Shown: positions 50,083 through 59,718, counted from the stretch's first letter. The stretch is 64,000 bases of DNA from Patescibacteria group bacterium (GCA_040879165.1 JBBDKV010000003.1:46838-110837), one strand, 5' to 3'. Notes: generated by a model not told the origin, from the letters alone. Numbers and translations are program-made.

Positions 50083-51393
50083 ATGACCCAAAAACGCATC
50101 CTCCTCACGCTCCTGTTTGTACTCCTCTTCACGCTCCTGCTCGCACTAATCGCTCAGAGTGCTCATCTTGCTTCAGCTGCTTCTCCCGAAATCATCATCT
50201 CCGAACTCTACCCAGCCCCACCTGCGGGCAGCGGCGAGCCAGAGTGGATCGAGCTTGCCAATGTCAGTGAACAGGATATCGACATCTCTGGCTGGGAAGT
50301 ATGGGATCAGTTGGCGTCACCTGGGCAGCTAAACACATTTGAGCCCGGAACGATGGTGCCTGCCAACTCTTTTTTACTCATTGAACTGACCGTCCACAAA
50401 CTCAACAACACCGGTGACGGCGTGGTGCTGATCCACTCCGATGGTACCATCGTAGACGACTTCTGGTACTCAGGCACTACTGCTAGTAAATCATGGCAGC
50501 GCCAGTCGGCAGACACGACGCAACGTATCCTAACCAATCCTACCCCTAGCGCAGAACACCCAGAATACCCCGTTCTCTCAGCTTCGACAACACAACCATC
50601 TCCATCTCCCCAGCCTTCTCCAACACCAACTCCCTCGCCAGCCTCAACTCCCCAGCCTACCTCAACACCCACGCCCCAACCTACACTCGACCCAACCACA
50701 ATCACCCAACACGTCACCTTTACTGAGTTTGCTGCCTGCCCATCAGGGGGATCAGAGTGGATTGAGCTCTACAATACCAGTCCACAGCTGACGATCACTG
50801 ACTGGGTTGTTCGTGATGCTGGCGGCAATCAGCGCACAATCAGTGGCGAATTACCACCGTTTACTTTTACTCGGTTTTCCTGGGGTGGCTCGTTACTCAA
50901 TAATTCGGGAGATGAATTCTCCATTTTTACAGACACTGACGCGCTGATTGGATCAGCAAGCTATGATTCTTGCACCCTGGGGCTGAGTCATATTTGGGAC
51001 GGCACCAACTGGATTCAGCTTGCACTCGATCTGACTACGAACCCAACACCGACGCCGACGCCATCACCAAGCCCAACTACCCAGCCAGCTCCAACCACCG
51101 AACCAGATTCAACCAAAAATGAAACGGAGCAAGCAGGCTCTGCGACTGAGGCTAATGCCGCGATCCAGGGCGCAACTACTACCACAACTGAGCCGTACCC
51201 TCACACACTGCCCACCTACTCACCACAGCAGCTGCACACAGGTGCCACGATTACCGATTCGGTGATCGAGTTTGAACAATCAGAGCTTCCCAAGTTACCG
51301 ACGCTGAGTGTTATAATGGGTGGATTGCTCCAGCTCTTGCCTGGAGCTGTTAGCTTATATGTCAAACGCACTCAGTCCAGCGATATATCTTAA
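50083..51393 (+). CDS. Exported protein with two lamin-tail domains and P/T/S linkers
   Basis: IIISELYP...EWIELAN and ...EWIELYN, LNN.GD motifs; C-terminal hydrophobic segment. Confidence 0.88.
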   Translation: MTQKRILLTLLFVLLFTLLLALIAQSAHLASAASPEIIISELYPAPPAGSGEPEWIELANVSEQDIDISGWEVWDQLASPGQLNTFEPGTMVPANSFLLIELTVHKLNNTGDGVVLIHSDGTIVDDFWYSGTTASKSWQRQSADTTQRILTNPTPSAEHPEYPVLSASTTQPSPSPQPSPTPTPSPASTPQPTSTPTPQPTLDPTTITQHVTFTEFAACPSGGSEWIELYNTSPQLTITDWVVRDAGGNQRTISGELPPFTFTRFSWGGSLLNNSGDEFSIFTDTDALIGSASYDSCTLGLSHIWDGTNWIQLALDLTTNPTPTPTPSPSPTTQPAPTTEPDSTKNETEQAGSATEANAAIQGATTTTTEPYPHTLPTYSPQQLHTGATITDSVIEFEQSELPKLPTLSVIMGGLLQLLPGAVSLYVKRTQSSDIS

Positions 51394-51751
51394 AGCCTAC
51401 CTTCCAGTAGCGGCCTGGGCCTTAACAATTTTCATACTTTCTTCTCAAGGATCTCTTCCTGGATTCTCTGTCTCAGCTGCGGACTTTGTCTTCAAAAAAT
51501 CTGCACATATGTTTGTCTATGCAGTGCTCTATTATCTTTTTTGGCGGGCAGTCCAAAAAACCCATCCTACACCAACCACTTCTCAGACTTTCATCCACTG
51601 GGCACTCCCACTTGGACTGACGCTACTGTACGCAGCGTCGGACGAATTGCATCAAACATTTGTGCCGTACCGCTACGGCACAATCCGTGACGTTGGGTAC
51701 GATATGTTAGGAGCCTGCATTGTATTTTTGCGACAATATCGGTATATTTAG
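51359..51751 (+). CDS. VanZ family membrane protein
   Basis: KSAHMFVYAVL, YAASDELHQTFVP.R.G...DV..D. Confidence 0.9.
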   Translation: MSNALSPAIYLKAYLPVAAWALTIFILSSQGSLPGFSVSAADFVFKKSAHMFVYAVLYYLFWRAVQKTHPTPTTSQTFIHWALPLGLTLLYAASDELHQTFVPYRYGTIRDVGYDMLGACIVFLRQYRYI

Positions 51752-51889
51752 GGATCGACTAATACTTGACTCTGGCTGACTTTCTATTAGACTCTGCCTA
51801 CTGCTCAAAAAAATCGTAATACAAAAAACAGTCCAATTGTCGCAGGTCGCTAGGCTCATCTTGCCACAATTTCAACACTGAAAGGAACT

Positions 51890-52165
51890 ATGACAAAATC
51901 ACAACTGATTGCCGTTGTCGCCAAAAAGGCCCACCTAACAAAAAAAGCCTCGTCAGATGCTATTAACGCACTTTTTGACGAAGTCACTCGCTCACTCCAA
52001 AAAGGTGAGAAGGTGGTCATCTCAGGCTTCGGCACCCTCTATGTCAGCCCGGTCAAAGATAAGCAAGTGGTTCCCTTTGGTAACGAAACCAAACGCCAGA
52101 CTATTCGCGGCCACCGTGTTGTCAACCTCAAAGTAGGCAAACCGCTCAAAAAAGCCGTCTGGTAA
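51890..52165 (+). CDS. hup: HU family DNA-binding protein
   Basis: MTKSQLI...GEKVVISGFGT...GKPLK. Confidence 0.9.
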   Translation: MTKSQLIAVVAKKAHLTKKASSDAINALFDEVTRSLQKGEKVVISGFGTLYVSPVKDKQVVPFGNETKRQTIRGHRVVNLKVGKPLKKAVW

Positions 52166-52307
52166 CCCCAGCTCACAACAACCATACGATTTGAGTCACT
52201 TTTTTGATCCTTGAACGCAGGGTGGTCGCTTTTGCTTTCTAATGCATGCCATTTTCAGCACTCACGAGATCAAAAAGTGCAGACTCGTGTTATATAATTA
52301 GTTCCCT

Positions 52308-53312
52308 ATGACTACACAACAGCCTGACATCATCGTCAGAAATCTCACCAAAATCTTTCAAGTCTATCAGAAAAAATCAGGCCTTTGGGGCTCAATCGAG
52401 TCACTCTGGCACCGTGAGCACTATCCAGTAACCGCAGTTGACCACATTAATTTTGATATACAGCGTGGCGAAGTTATCGGTTTCATTGGCCAAAATGGCG
52501 CAGGCAAAACTACCACGCTCAAAATGCTCTCGGGTCTACTCTATCCTACCAGCGGAAAAGTGTCGGTACTTGGTCATAACCCCTGGGATCGGCAGCCCGA
52601 ATTTCAAAAACAATTTGCGCTGGTGATGGGGCAAAAAAATCAATTATGGTGGGATCTGCCGCCCATGGAAACTTTTTTGCTCAATAAGGCAATCTATGAA
52701 ATTCCCGAGGCGCATTTTCATAAAACCCTTGATCAATTAGTGGAGATGCTTGATGTGGGCAGCGTTATTCGAGTCCAAACCCGCAAGCTGTCACTAGGGC
52801 AGCGCATGAAGTGTGAGCTGATCGCTTCGCTACTACACACACCACAGGTGCTGTTTCTTGATGAACCGACTATCGGACTCGACGTCGTGATGCAAAAAAC
52901 TGTCCGAGATTTTATCAAACAGTACAACCAAGAATTTGGCGCCACCATCATTCTCACTAGTCACTACATGGAAGATGTTCAGGAGCTTTGTAAGCGCGCC
53001 ATCGTGATTCATCAGGGCAAAAAAATGTTCGATGGCGCGCTCAACCAACTCATTGATCAGTACGCGCGCAATAAAATCCTTTCACTAACCTTTGACAAAA
53101 CCATTCCCCAAAAAGACCTCAAAAAGTTTGGCACCCTCAAGTCACATGATGCCACTGCGGCTACACTGCTTGTTCCTCGCCGACAAGCCACTAAAGCCGC
53201 TTCTCAACTTCTCCAGCAGTACACCATTTCTGATGTCAATATCGAGGAGCCTCCCATTGAAGCTATTATCCGCGAAGTATTTGCAGATCAGTCGAACCAG
53301 GCTCAGAAATAA
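52308..53312 (+). CDS. ABC transporter ATP-binding protein
   Basis: GQNGAGKTT, LSLGQRMK, LDEPTIGLD. Confidence 0.95.
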   Translation: MTTQQPDIIVRNLTKIFQVYQKKSGLWGSIESLWHREHYPVTAVDHINFDIQRGEVIGFIGQNGAGKTTTLKMLSGLLYPTSGKVSVLGHNPWDRQPEFQKQFALVMGQKNQLWWDLPPMETFLLNKAIYEIPEAHFHKTLDQLVEMLDVGSVIRVQTRKLSLGQRMKCELIASLLHTPQVLFLDEPTIGLDVVMQKTVRDFIKQYNQEFGATIILTSHYMEDVQELCKRAIVIHQGKKMFDGALNQLIDQYARNKILSLTFDKTIPQKDLKKFGTLKSHDATAATLLVPRRQATKAASQLLQQYTISDVNIEEPPIEAIIREVFADQSNQAQK

Positions 53313-53330
53313 CCACCGAGAAACACAGAT

Positions 53331-54122
53331 ATGAGCAAGTATATTCAACTATTTTCACTCTATTGGCAAAATGGGCTGGTGTACCGAACAAACCTGATTC
53401 TTTGGCGATTTCGGCAGTTCCTGTCAGCTCTGATGGCACTCACAGTCTGGTCAGTGGTCTTTACTGGTCAAGAACAAGTTTTTGGTTATGACACTGGTGG
53501 CATGATTGCCTATGTTTTCATTGCCTCATTTCTGCAAAGCCTCGTCCTCGCCACTGCGCTCCACGGTCTGGCGCAACGCGTCTACAGCGGCGAAGTCAGT
53601 ATGCTGCTCACCAAGCCCATCAATTTTTTTGGCACGCTAGCCATTGAAGATCTGGCTGATAAATCACGCAACATTCTCTTTATTTTCGTCGAGATGGGGC
53701 TACTGTATCTGTTATTTATGCCCACCATTCCGCTACCTGGACTACAAACCTGGCTCATATTTGGCCTGCTGGCTAGTATGGGAGCCGTGTTGCATTTCAT
53801 CATTTCTTTGCTCTTTGGTACGTTGGGATTTTTTAGCCCGGAGACCTGGGGACCAAAGTTTTTATTTTTTGTGATTGTGGATTTTACTGCTGGCAAACTG
53901 TTCCCGCTGGATATTCTCCCCGAAGTCGTCCAGAAGATTCTCTTTCTGACCCCATTTCCCTATTTTTCATTTGTGCAGACGCAAGTTTTCCTCGAAAAGT
54001 ACACGCAACCCGAATTGCTCAACCACATACTCGTGCTGGCAGGCTGGCTGATTGGCCTGAGCGTACTCAATTCTTGGCTCTGGAAGAAGGGGATGCGTGA
54101 GTACACCGCAGCAGGACACTAA
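53331..54122 (+). CDS. ABC-2 family permease (DUF990-like)
   Basis: Six TMs; G.....LTKP and FPLDILP motifs. Confidence 0.85.
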   Translation: MSKYIQLFSLYWQNGLVYRTNLILWRFRQFLSALMALTVWSVVFTGQEQVFGYDTGGMIAYVFIASFLQSLVLATALHGLAQRVYSGEVSMLLTKPINFFGTLAIEDLADKSRNILFIFVEMGLLYLLFMPTIPLPGLQTWLIFGLLASMGAVLHFIISLLFGTLGFFSPETWGPKFLFFVIVDFTAGKLFPLDILPEVVQKILFLTPFPYFSFVQTQVFLEKYTQPELLNHILVLAGWLIGLSVLNSWLWKKGMREYTAAGH

Positions 54123-54174
54123 AATCACGAGGCGACCACCTTGCTCGGTATAATTAGTGTAGGACTTATATACG

Positions 54175-54972
54175 ATGCTAAAACGACTACACTTCTACTG
54201 GCGAATTTGGCTCCTCTGGGCAACCAACGCTTTTCAGGCTACTTTTGTCAATCGAGGCACCAACGCTATTTTCCTAATTGCCAAACTCGCTCGTTTTGGC
54301 ATGTCACTGGTCTTTCTCTTACTCCTGCGGCAGAACATTGATTCGTTCGCGCAGTACTCAACAGATGAACTTGTCGTTTTTTTCTTGATTTATCAATGGA
54401 TTGATCTATTTTCTCAATCAGTCTTTCGGGGAGTGTATAAATTTGGGCAGTTAGTCAGGAATGGCGAGTTCGACTTTGATCTGCTCAAGCCCATTCATCC
54501 CCTCTTTCGCGCCCTGATGGGAAGTCCAGACATCAATGACGTACTGCTCATTTTGCCAACTATTGGTGTATCGATCTGGATTCTCAGTTTTCTTGAAGTG
54601 AGCATTACCTTGGGCAGCGTGCTTGGCTTTAGCGTGTTGGCGCTCAATGGACTACTGATCGCCACCGCACTACATATCTGCGTTCTTTCCTTGGCAATTA
54701 TAACAACGGACATTGACAGCATGGTTTGGCTCTATCGCGACCTGAGTCGACTTGGCCAGTTTCCAGTTACGATGTACATGGAGCTAGTGCGTTTCTCCCT
54801 CTTTTTCCTGGTGCCGATCGGCATGATGATCACCATTCCTGCCGAGGTTTTACTGAATATTGAACCAAGTCAGGCAATTTGGGTAACGCTGGTGATTGGC
54901 GGAGGATTTTTTGCCGCGAGCATCGCGCTCTGGAATTGGAGCCTCAAGCGATATACTAGCGCGAGCAGTTAA
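54175..54972 (+). CDS. ABC-2 family permease (DUF990-like)
   Basis: VRNGEFDFDLLKP, FP..MY, C-terminal YTSASS. Confidence 0.85.
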   Translation: MLKRLHFYWRIWLLWATNAFQATFVNRGTNAIFLIAKLARFGMSLVFLLLLRQNIDSFAQYSTDELVVFFLIYQWIDLFSQSVFRGVYKFGQLVRNGEFDFDLLKPIHPLFRALMGSPDINDVLLILPTIGVSIWILSFLEVSITLGSVLGFSVLALNGLLIATALHICVLSLAIITTDIDSMVWLYRDLSRLGQFPVTMYMELVRFSLFFLVPIGMMITIPAEVLLNIEPSQAIWVTLVIGGGFFAASIALWNWSLKRYTSASS

Positions 54973-54974
54973 GT

Positions 54975-55253
54975 TCATTTATTTTGTCGAAATGACACTT
55001 CAAGAGTCAAATCAAGAGCTGATGCAAGTCTTCGCAGAAATGAAAGAGATGGCAACGATTTTCCACTTTCCACTCGAGAGATTACTGACTGCCGAGTCTG
55101 CAATTTTTCAGCCAGATCTTGCTGTGATAAGTTCAATTCAACTCGAGCCTTAAGGAGGTGTCTAGCGATTTGATACTCAAGAGCATTGTCTTGCAAAGCT
55201 TCCAAAAAGCTCGGATTTTTTAGTAGTATTTTTTTGTGTTGTTGCCAGTCCAT
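54975..55253 (-). CDS. XRE-family HTH antitoxin (HigA-like)
   Basis: LSQQDLAEKLQTRQSVISRVESG; start ATG 55253 (MDWQQHKK). Confidence 0.88.
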   Translation of the reverse strand: MDWQQHKKILLKNPSFLEALQDNALEYQIARHLLKARVELNLSQQDLAEKLQTRQSVISRVESGKSLPSLSFLRRLASALDLTLEVSFRQNK

Positions 55254-55284
55254 AATTATCATATTATCATGATATTGTGATAAT

Positions 55285-55635
55285 TCAATATCTACTTTTA
55301 AACTCTTGCAATCTCCGTTCAGCCAGTTGAACATCCTTCCTATCGATTTTCTGTTTCTTTTTATAAAAAGCATGTAACAAAACAAACGTTTTGTCACTTG
55401 CTGCTGCATACAAAATCCGAATACTGTCGTTACCCACTATTCGCAACTCCCAAATTCCACTGACGGTAAGCTTTTTGGCAAACAGTGGTCTCACGCCAAT
55501 TCCGAACTCCTCCAACAGTTCCAAACTGTTATACATTTTTGCTTGCTCCTGAACCTGAGCTGCTTCAATAAAGTCATATACCGACGAACTGCCGCGGCGA
55601 TTTCTATAATAGACAATTTTCCAAGTTCTGCACAT
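55285..55635 (-). CDS. RelE/HigB-type (Gp49-like) toxin
   Basis: WKIVYY, IWELRI, RILY, LLHAFYKKKQK; lies upstream of the HTH gene. Confidence 0.88.
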   Translation of the reverse strand: MCRTWKIVYYRNRRGSSSVYDFIEAAQVQEQAKMYNSLELLEEFGIGVRPLFAKKLTVSGIWELRIVGNDSIRILYAAASDKTFVLLHAFYKKKQKIDRKDVQLAERRLQEFKSRY

Positions 55636-55718
55636 CAAACAGATACTATCAATGCACCGAGTACTCAACCGTAGGAAAAGTTGTCAAGAATCTGCGAAAA
55701 CAAAAGATTAAAGGCAGC

Positions 55719-56237
55719 TTACCGCTTCGGAGATTGGCGCTGACGTCGGGCTTTACCACCCATGCCAATTTTGCGCGTCTCTTTCATGCGATCATCTCTA
55801 GTGAGGAGATCTTCAGTCTTAAGCAAGGTTTTGAATTCAGGATCAAAAGTAACTAGAGCGCGTGAGATACCGTGAAGCAGTGCGTCAAGCTGAGCGTTAA
55901 TACCAGCACCAGAAACCTTGGCTACCACCGAAAAAGTGCCTTCTGTGCCAGTCAGCTTAAATGGTAAAAGATAGCGTTTATCAGCGTGAGCAATGTTTCC
56001 AAAATAGGAGCCGACCACCTGGTCATTGACAATAAAATCGCCGTCGGCTTTGTACAATCTTACTCGAGCAGTAGCAACTTTGCGGCGACCGACACCTTCA
56101 GTGTATTGACCCTTTGGGTACGAGAGCTCAACTTGTAATTGCTTGGGCTGAGTAGGACTCTTTTTAGTTGGAGCAGCCACTACTTTTTTGACTACTTTTT
56201 TAACTTTGGTGTTTTTCTTATTTAATTTCAGTGCCAT
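55719..56237 (-). CDS. rpsI: 30S ribosomal protein S9 (N-terminally extended)
   Basis: GRRKVATARV, LLTRDDRMKE, C-terminal QSPKR. Confidence 0.96.
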   Translation of the reverse strand: MALKLNKKNTKVKKVVKKVVAAPTKKSPTQPKQLQVELSYPKGQYTEGVGRRKVATARVRLYKADGDFIVNDQVVGSYFGNIAHADKRYLLPFKLTGTEGTFSVVAKVSGAGINAQLDALLHGISRALVTFDPEFKTLLKTEDLLTRDDRMKETRKIGMGGKARRQRQSPKR

Positions 56238-56239
56238 GA

Positions 56240-56680
56240 TTACGCTTCCTTTGTTTCTGCTTGAGAGAACTGACTTTTGTGTGGGTGCTGATCGGCAGCG
56301 TAGACTTTAAGACGAATCATTCTGTCGCTGCGCAACTTATTCTTAGGTAACATAGTATATACCGCTTTTTCAATAATTCGCTCAGGGTATTTTGCCTGCA
56401 ACTCTGCGTAGGTTTCTTCTTTAAGCCCTCCCATATACCCTGAGTGGCGACGATACAGTTTGGTTTCTTCCTTATTACCAGTAACGGCAACTTCGGCAGC
56501 ATTAACAACCACTACGTAATCACCAGCATCAATATGTGGAGTGTATTCTTTTTTGTGCTTGCCAATTAATTTTTGAGCAATTTCACTAGCAACACGGCCG
56601 AGAATTTTATCTGACGCGTCAACTAAGTGCCAGTGACGGACAACTGCTTCTTTTGGTTGCATGAATGTTTTGTTCTGCAT
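56240..56680 (-). CDS. rplM: 50S ribosomal protein L13
   Basis: LGRVASEIA, GKHK..YTPH, HSGYMGG. Confidence 0.97.
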   Translation of the reverse strand: MQNKTFMQPKEAVVRHWHLVDASDKILGRVASEIAQKLIGKHKKEYTPHIDAGDYVVVVNAAEVAVTGNKEETKLYRRHSGYMGGLKEETYAELQAKYPERIIEKAVYTMLPKNKLRSDRMIRLKVYAADQHPHKSQFSQAETKEA

Positions 56681-56688
56681 ACGGGTCT

Positions 56689-57228
56689 TTATTTGCTTGC
56701 TTTCTTTGTAGTGATTGCTTTTTTGGTAGATGCTGTCTTCTTGACTGGTTTTTTAGCTGCTGATTTTGTTGTTGCTGTTTTTTTTGCAACAGTAGATTTT
56801 TTGGCTGGTGCCGCTTTTTTGGTAGCTGCATGAGCTTTTGGAGCAGGGTTGCGAACAGAACCAGTTATTTTTGGCATATCCACCCAAGCAATTTGAGCTA
56901 GCTGAGCGTTATCTCCCACGCGAATACCCTGTCGAACGATGCGGGTAAAGCCAGAGGTTCGCGTACTAACTGCTGGTACAATTTGCTCAACGAGCGTATT
57001 AACAACGTCACGCTTACCAAAGAAACGATGCAGTACTCGACGAGCAGCAATGGAGTCCTTTTTTGCAGTAGTAATCAATTTATCCACCAGGCGTTTCAAT
57101 TCTTTTGCTTTTGGCTCAGTGGTAACGATTGATCCATGCGTCACCAATTCACGCGCTAAGTTTTTTAACAAACTTGCACGTTGTTTAGTGTTGCGATTGA
57201 GCGTTCTTCCGCTAACTCGATGTCTCAT
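56689..57228 (-). CDS. rplQ: 50S ribosomal protein L17 with K/A/T-rich tail
   Basis: MRHR..GR.L.R, TT..KAKE, SGFTRI. Confidence 0.96.
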   Translation of the reverse strand: MRHRVSGRTLNRNTKQRASLLKNLARELVTHGSIVTTEPKAKELKRLVDKLITTAKKDSIAARRVLHRFFGKRDVVNTLVEQIVPAVSTRTSGFTRIVRQGIRVGDNAQLAQIAWVDMPKITGSVRNPAPKAHAATKKAAPAKKSTVAKKTATTKSAAKKPVKKTASTKKAITTKKASK

Positions 57229-57245
57229 ATACTGTTGTCAGTTGG

Positions 57246-58190
57246 TTATTCACCCAGACTAACACCTTTCTTCTGCAATGCTTCATCAACTACACCAACA
57301 CTCTTTTCACCAAGGTTCTTGACCTTAGCAATCGTCATGCGGGGCGCACCTGAGAGGTCGCCGACTGTCTTGAAGCCACCTTTGCGCAGTGCATTAGCAA
57401 TACGAGTTGGCAAATCAAGCTCTTCAACTGTCAGGCGTAATGCCTCTGCTTCTTCTGGACTCAGTGATTGATCTAGTTTTGGTGCCTCAACTGCCACTGG
57501 TGTAACAATTTGATTAAATTGCTTTGTCAAAATTTCTGCAGCTGTGCGAACAGCAGCAGCCGGAGCAATAGTGCCATCGGTAACCACGTCCAGTATCAAC
57601 TGATCATAGTCTGTTCGACGTCCAACACGAGTGGACTCGACTTTGTAAGAGACTTTGACGATTGGAGAGAATAGGGCATCAAGGGCAATTTCACCTATTG
57701 CAGCCGTATTTTTTTCATCAGCTACTTCGTATCCCAACCCTGATTCTGCGGTCATTTCTAATTCAAAGCTGTGACCTTTTGCCACCGTAGCAATGTGCTG
57801 ATCAGTGTTGACGACTTCAAAACCAGCTTCTGCTTCAATATCTGCAGCTGTCACTGTTTTAGGACCAGTCACCTGTAAGCGAAGAATGCCCTCGCCTTCT
57901 TGTGTTGAGCGCAATCGAACTTGCTTTAGGTTGAGCGTCACATCAAGCACGTCTTCAGTCACGCCTGCAATAGCAGAAAATTGATGATCTGCACCTGTAA
58001 GGCGAACTTTAGTTAAGGCACAGCCTGAGAGTGAGGATAAGAGTACCCTGCGCAAGGCATTGCCGAGCGTATGACCATATCCCTGCTCTAATGGCTCAAT
58101 GGTAATAGTGCCATGATTATCCGTGTGCACCTTCTCACTGATTTGAAATGAGGGCTGTAAGACCTGTGTGTGTGAGTCTTGATTTTTCAT
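57246..58190 (-). CDS. rpoA: RNA polymerase alpha subunit
   Basis: EPLEQGYGHTLGNALRRVLLSS, RVGRRTDYD, NLGEKS. Confidence 0.98.
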   Translation of the reverse strand: MKNQDSHTQVLQPSFQISEKVHTDNHGTITIEPLEQGYGHTLGNALRRVLLSSLSGCALTKVRLTGADHQFSAIAGVTEDVLDVTLNLKQVRLRSTQEGEGILRLQVTGPKTVTAADIEAEAGFEVVNTDQHIATVAKGHSFELEMTAESGLGYEVADEKNTAAIGEIALDALFSPIVKVSYKVESTRVGRRTDYDQLILDVVTDGTIAPAAAVRTAAEILTKQFNQIVTPVAVEAPKLDQSLSPEEAEALRLTVEELDLPTRIANALRKGGFKTVGDLSGAPRMTIAKVKNLGEKSVGVVDEALQKKGVSLGE

Positions 58191-58277
58191 ATTATGTTTT
58201 CCTTGTTTCTCCTCTTCTTTGCTTTTGCAAAGAAAATCTGTATCTGGATACTACTACTTTACTACTGACTTTTTTGG

Positions 58278-58883
58278 TTAGCGTGAGTAATACTCAATCA
58301 CTAATTGCTCCTCAATAACTTCTGTTACATCTTTTCTTTGAGGCAGACGGGCTATTTTACCAGCAGACTGCTTTTTCTCCAACCATTCGGGGAGTACTGG
58401 TTCATTTTCAAGCAATTCTGCCACCACTGGTATCTTAGTTGCCTTGCTGGCAAGCATAATTACATCATCCACCGTAACCCTATATGATGGAATGTTCATT
58501 TTTTTGCCATTTACTTGAATGTGACCGTGCGAAACCAGCTGTCGGGCTGCTGCGCGAGTGCCTGCCCAGCCAAGTCTAAAAATGACATTGTCTAAGCGAC
58601 GCTCCAAGAAACTGAGTAACAGCTCGCCTGTAGCTAGATCAGTACTACTTGCTGTAGCGTATAAGCTACGGAGTTGTTTTTCGGTGATACCATAAATGTA
58701 GCGAATTTTTTGTTTCTCACGCAACTGCACGCCATAGTCTGAGACCTTGCGTCGACCCTTAGCGCCGTGTTGACCTGGGCGAATCGTCAGGCGGCGGCTA
58801 GCTTTGAGCGGGTTGGTTTTGAGATTAAGATCTTCACCAATTTGTCGCGCTCGTTTTGTTTGTGGTCCAGTGTATCTTGACAT
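58278..58883 (-). CDS. rpsD: 30S ribosomal protein S4
   Basis: MSRYTGP, PGQHG, LERRLDN, ARQLVSHGH, IEYYSR. Confidence 0.97.
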   Translation of the reverse strand: MSRYTGPQTKRARQIGEDLNLKTNPLKASRRLTIRPGQHGAKGRRKVSDYGVQLREKQKIRYIYGITEKQLRSLYATASSTDLATGELLLSFLERRLDNVIFRLGWAGTRAAARQLVSHGHIQVNGKKMNIPSYRVTVDDVIMLASKATKIPVVAELLENEPVLPEWLEKKQSAGKIARLPQRKDVTEVIEEQLVIEYYSR

Positions 58884-58890
58884 AGTTGCT

Positions 58891-59295
58891 TTATTTATTA
58901 TGCTTTGCTTTACGTGGTCGAGTGCCATTGTGTGGAATTGGCGTCATATCCGCAATCATGGTGACCCGAATACCTTGAGCCCGCAGCACTCGCAGTGCCA
59001 CATCTCTCCCTGGACCTGGTCCTTTGAGATAGACAGCCATCTGTTGCATGCCGTAGTTTCTGGCTTTATTGATGGCATTCTCAATGGTAATGGTTGCGGC
59101 GTAGGGAGTCGATTTTCGCGATCCAGTGAATCCTGACTCTCCAGCGGTTGACCAACAAAGCACATTACCACCGTCATCGGTGATACTGGCGAGAGTGCTA
59201 TTAAAAGTAGCCGTCACGTACAAACGACCTCTAGAAACCGATTGCTGTGCCGCTCGTTTTGGTTTTTTAGTTGTTGTAGGTTTTGCTGTTGCCAT
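58891..59295 (-). CDS. rpsK: 30S ribosomal protein S11
   Basis: GSRKSTPYAA, GPGPGR, TPIPHNG. Confidence 0.97.
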   Translation of the reverse strand: MATAKPTTTKKPKRAAQQSVSRGRLYVTATFNSTLASITDDGGNVLCWSTAGESGFTGSRKSTPYAATITIENAINKARNYGMQQMAVYLKGPGPGRDVALRVLRAQGIRVTMIADMTPIPHNGTRPRKAKHNK

Positions 59296-59307
59296 ACTGG
59301 TTCTTTA

Positions 59308-59712
59308 TTACTTTTTTGAATCGTCTAATTTTGCTGCCATTTCTTTACTGAGTGCACCAACGGTACGACGTCTGCCACCACCTCGGGCAGTTCGGCTGTT
59401 AGTACGTGTGCGCTGACCTCGACCTGGTAGCTTTGCTGTGTGACGTGAGCCACGATATGATTTAATACGTTTGTGACGATCAATATTATCGTTTATCATG
59501 CGACGCAAATCTCCTTCAGTAGGAAACCGCTCAAGCGCACGCTGAATTCGATTGACTTCATCTGCTGTCAAATCTCGTGTTCTCTTATCTACGTCTACAT
59601 TGGCCTCTTGCAGGACAGCATTTGACGTATCAATACCAACACCATAGATAGAACAGAGTGAGTAGGCTACTTTTTTATGTTCTGGTAAGTCTACACCGGC
59701 AATACGAATCAT
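59308..59712 (-). CDS. rpsM: 30S ribosomal protein S13
   Basis: RIAGVDLP, IYGVG, RGQRTRTNSRT. Confidence 0.97.
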   Translation of the reverse strand: MIRIAGVDLPEHKKVAYSLCSIYGVGIDTSNAVLQEANVDVDKRTRDLTADEVNRIQRALERFPTEGDLRRMINDNIDRHKRIKSYRGSRHTAKLPGRGQRTRTNSRTARGGGRRRTVGALSKEMAAKLDDSKK

Positions 59713-59718
59713 ACGCGC

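Noticed and set aside
50590-51100. P/T/S repeats as DNA tandem repeats
   Set aside because: Codons vary; these are protein low-complexity linkers.
52193-52286. SRP (4.5S) RNA or integron attC site
   Set aside because: Lacks the CAGG..GGAA..AGCAG domain IV and the RYYYAAC/GTTRRRY ends.
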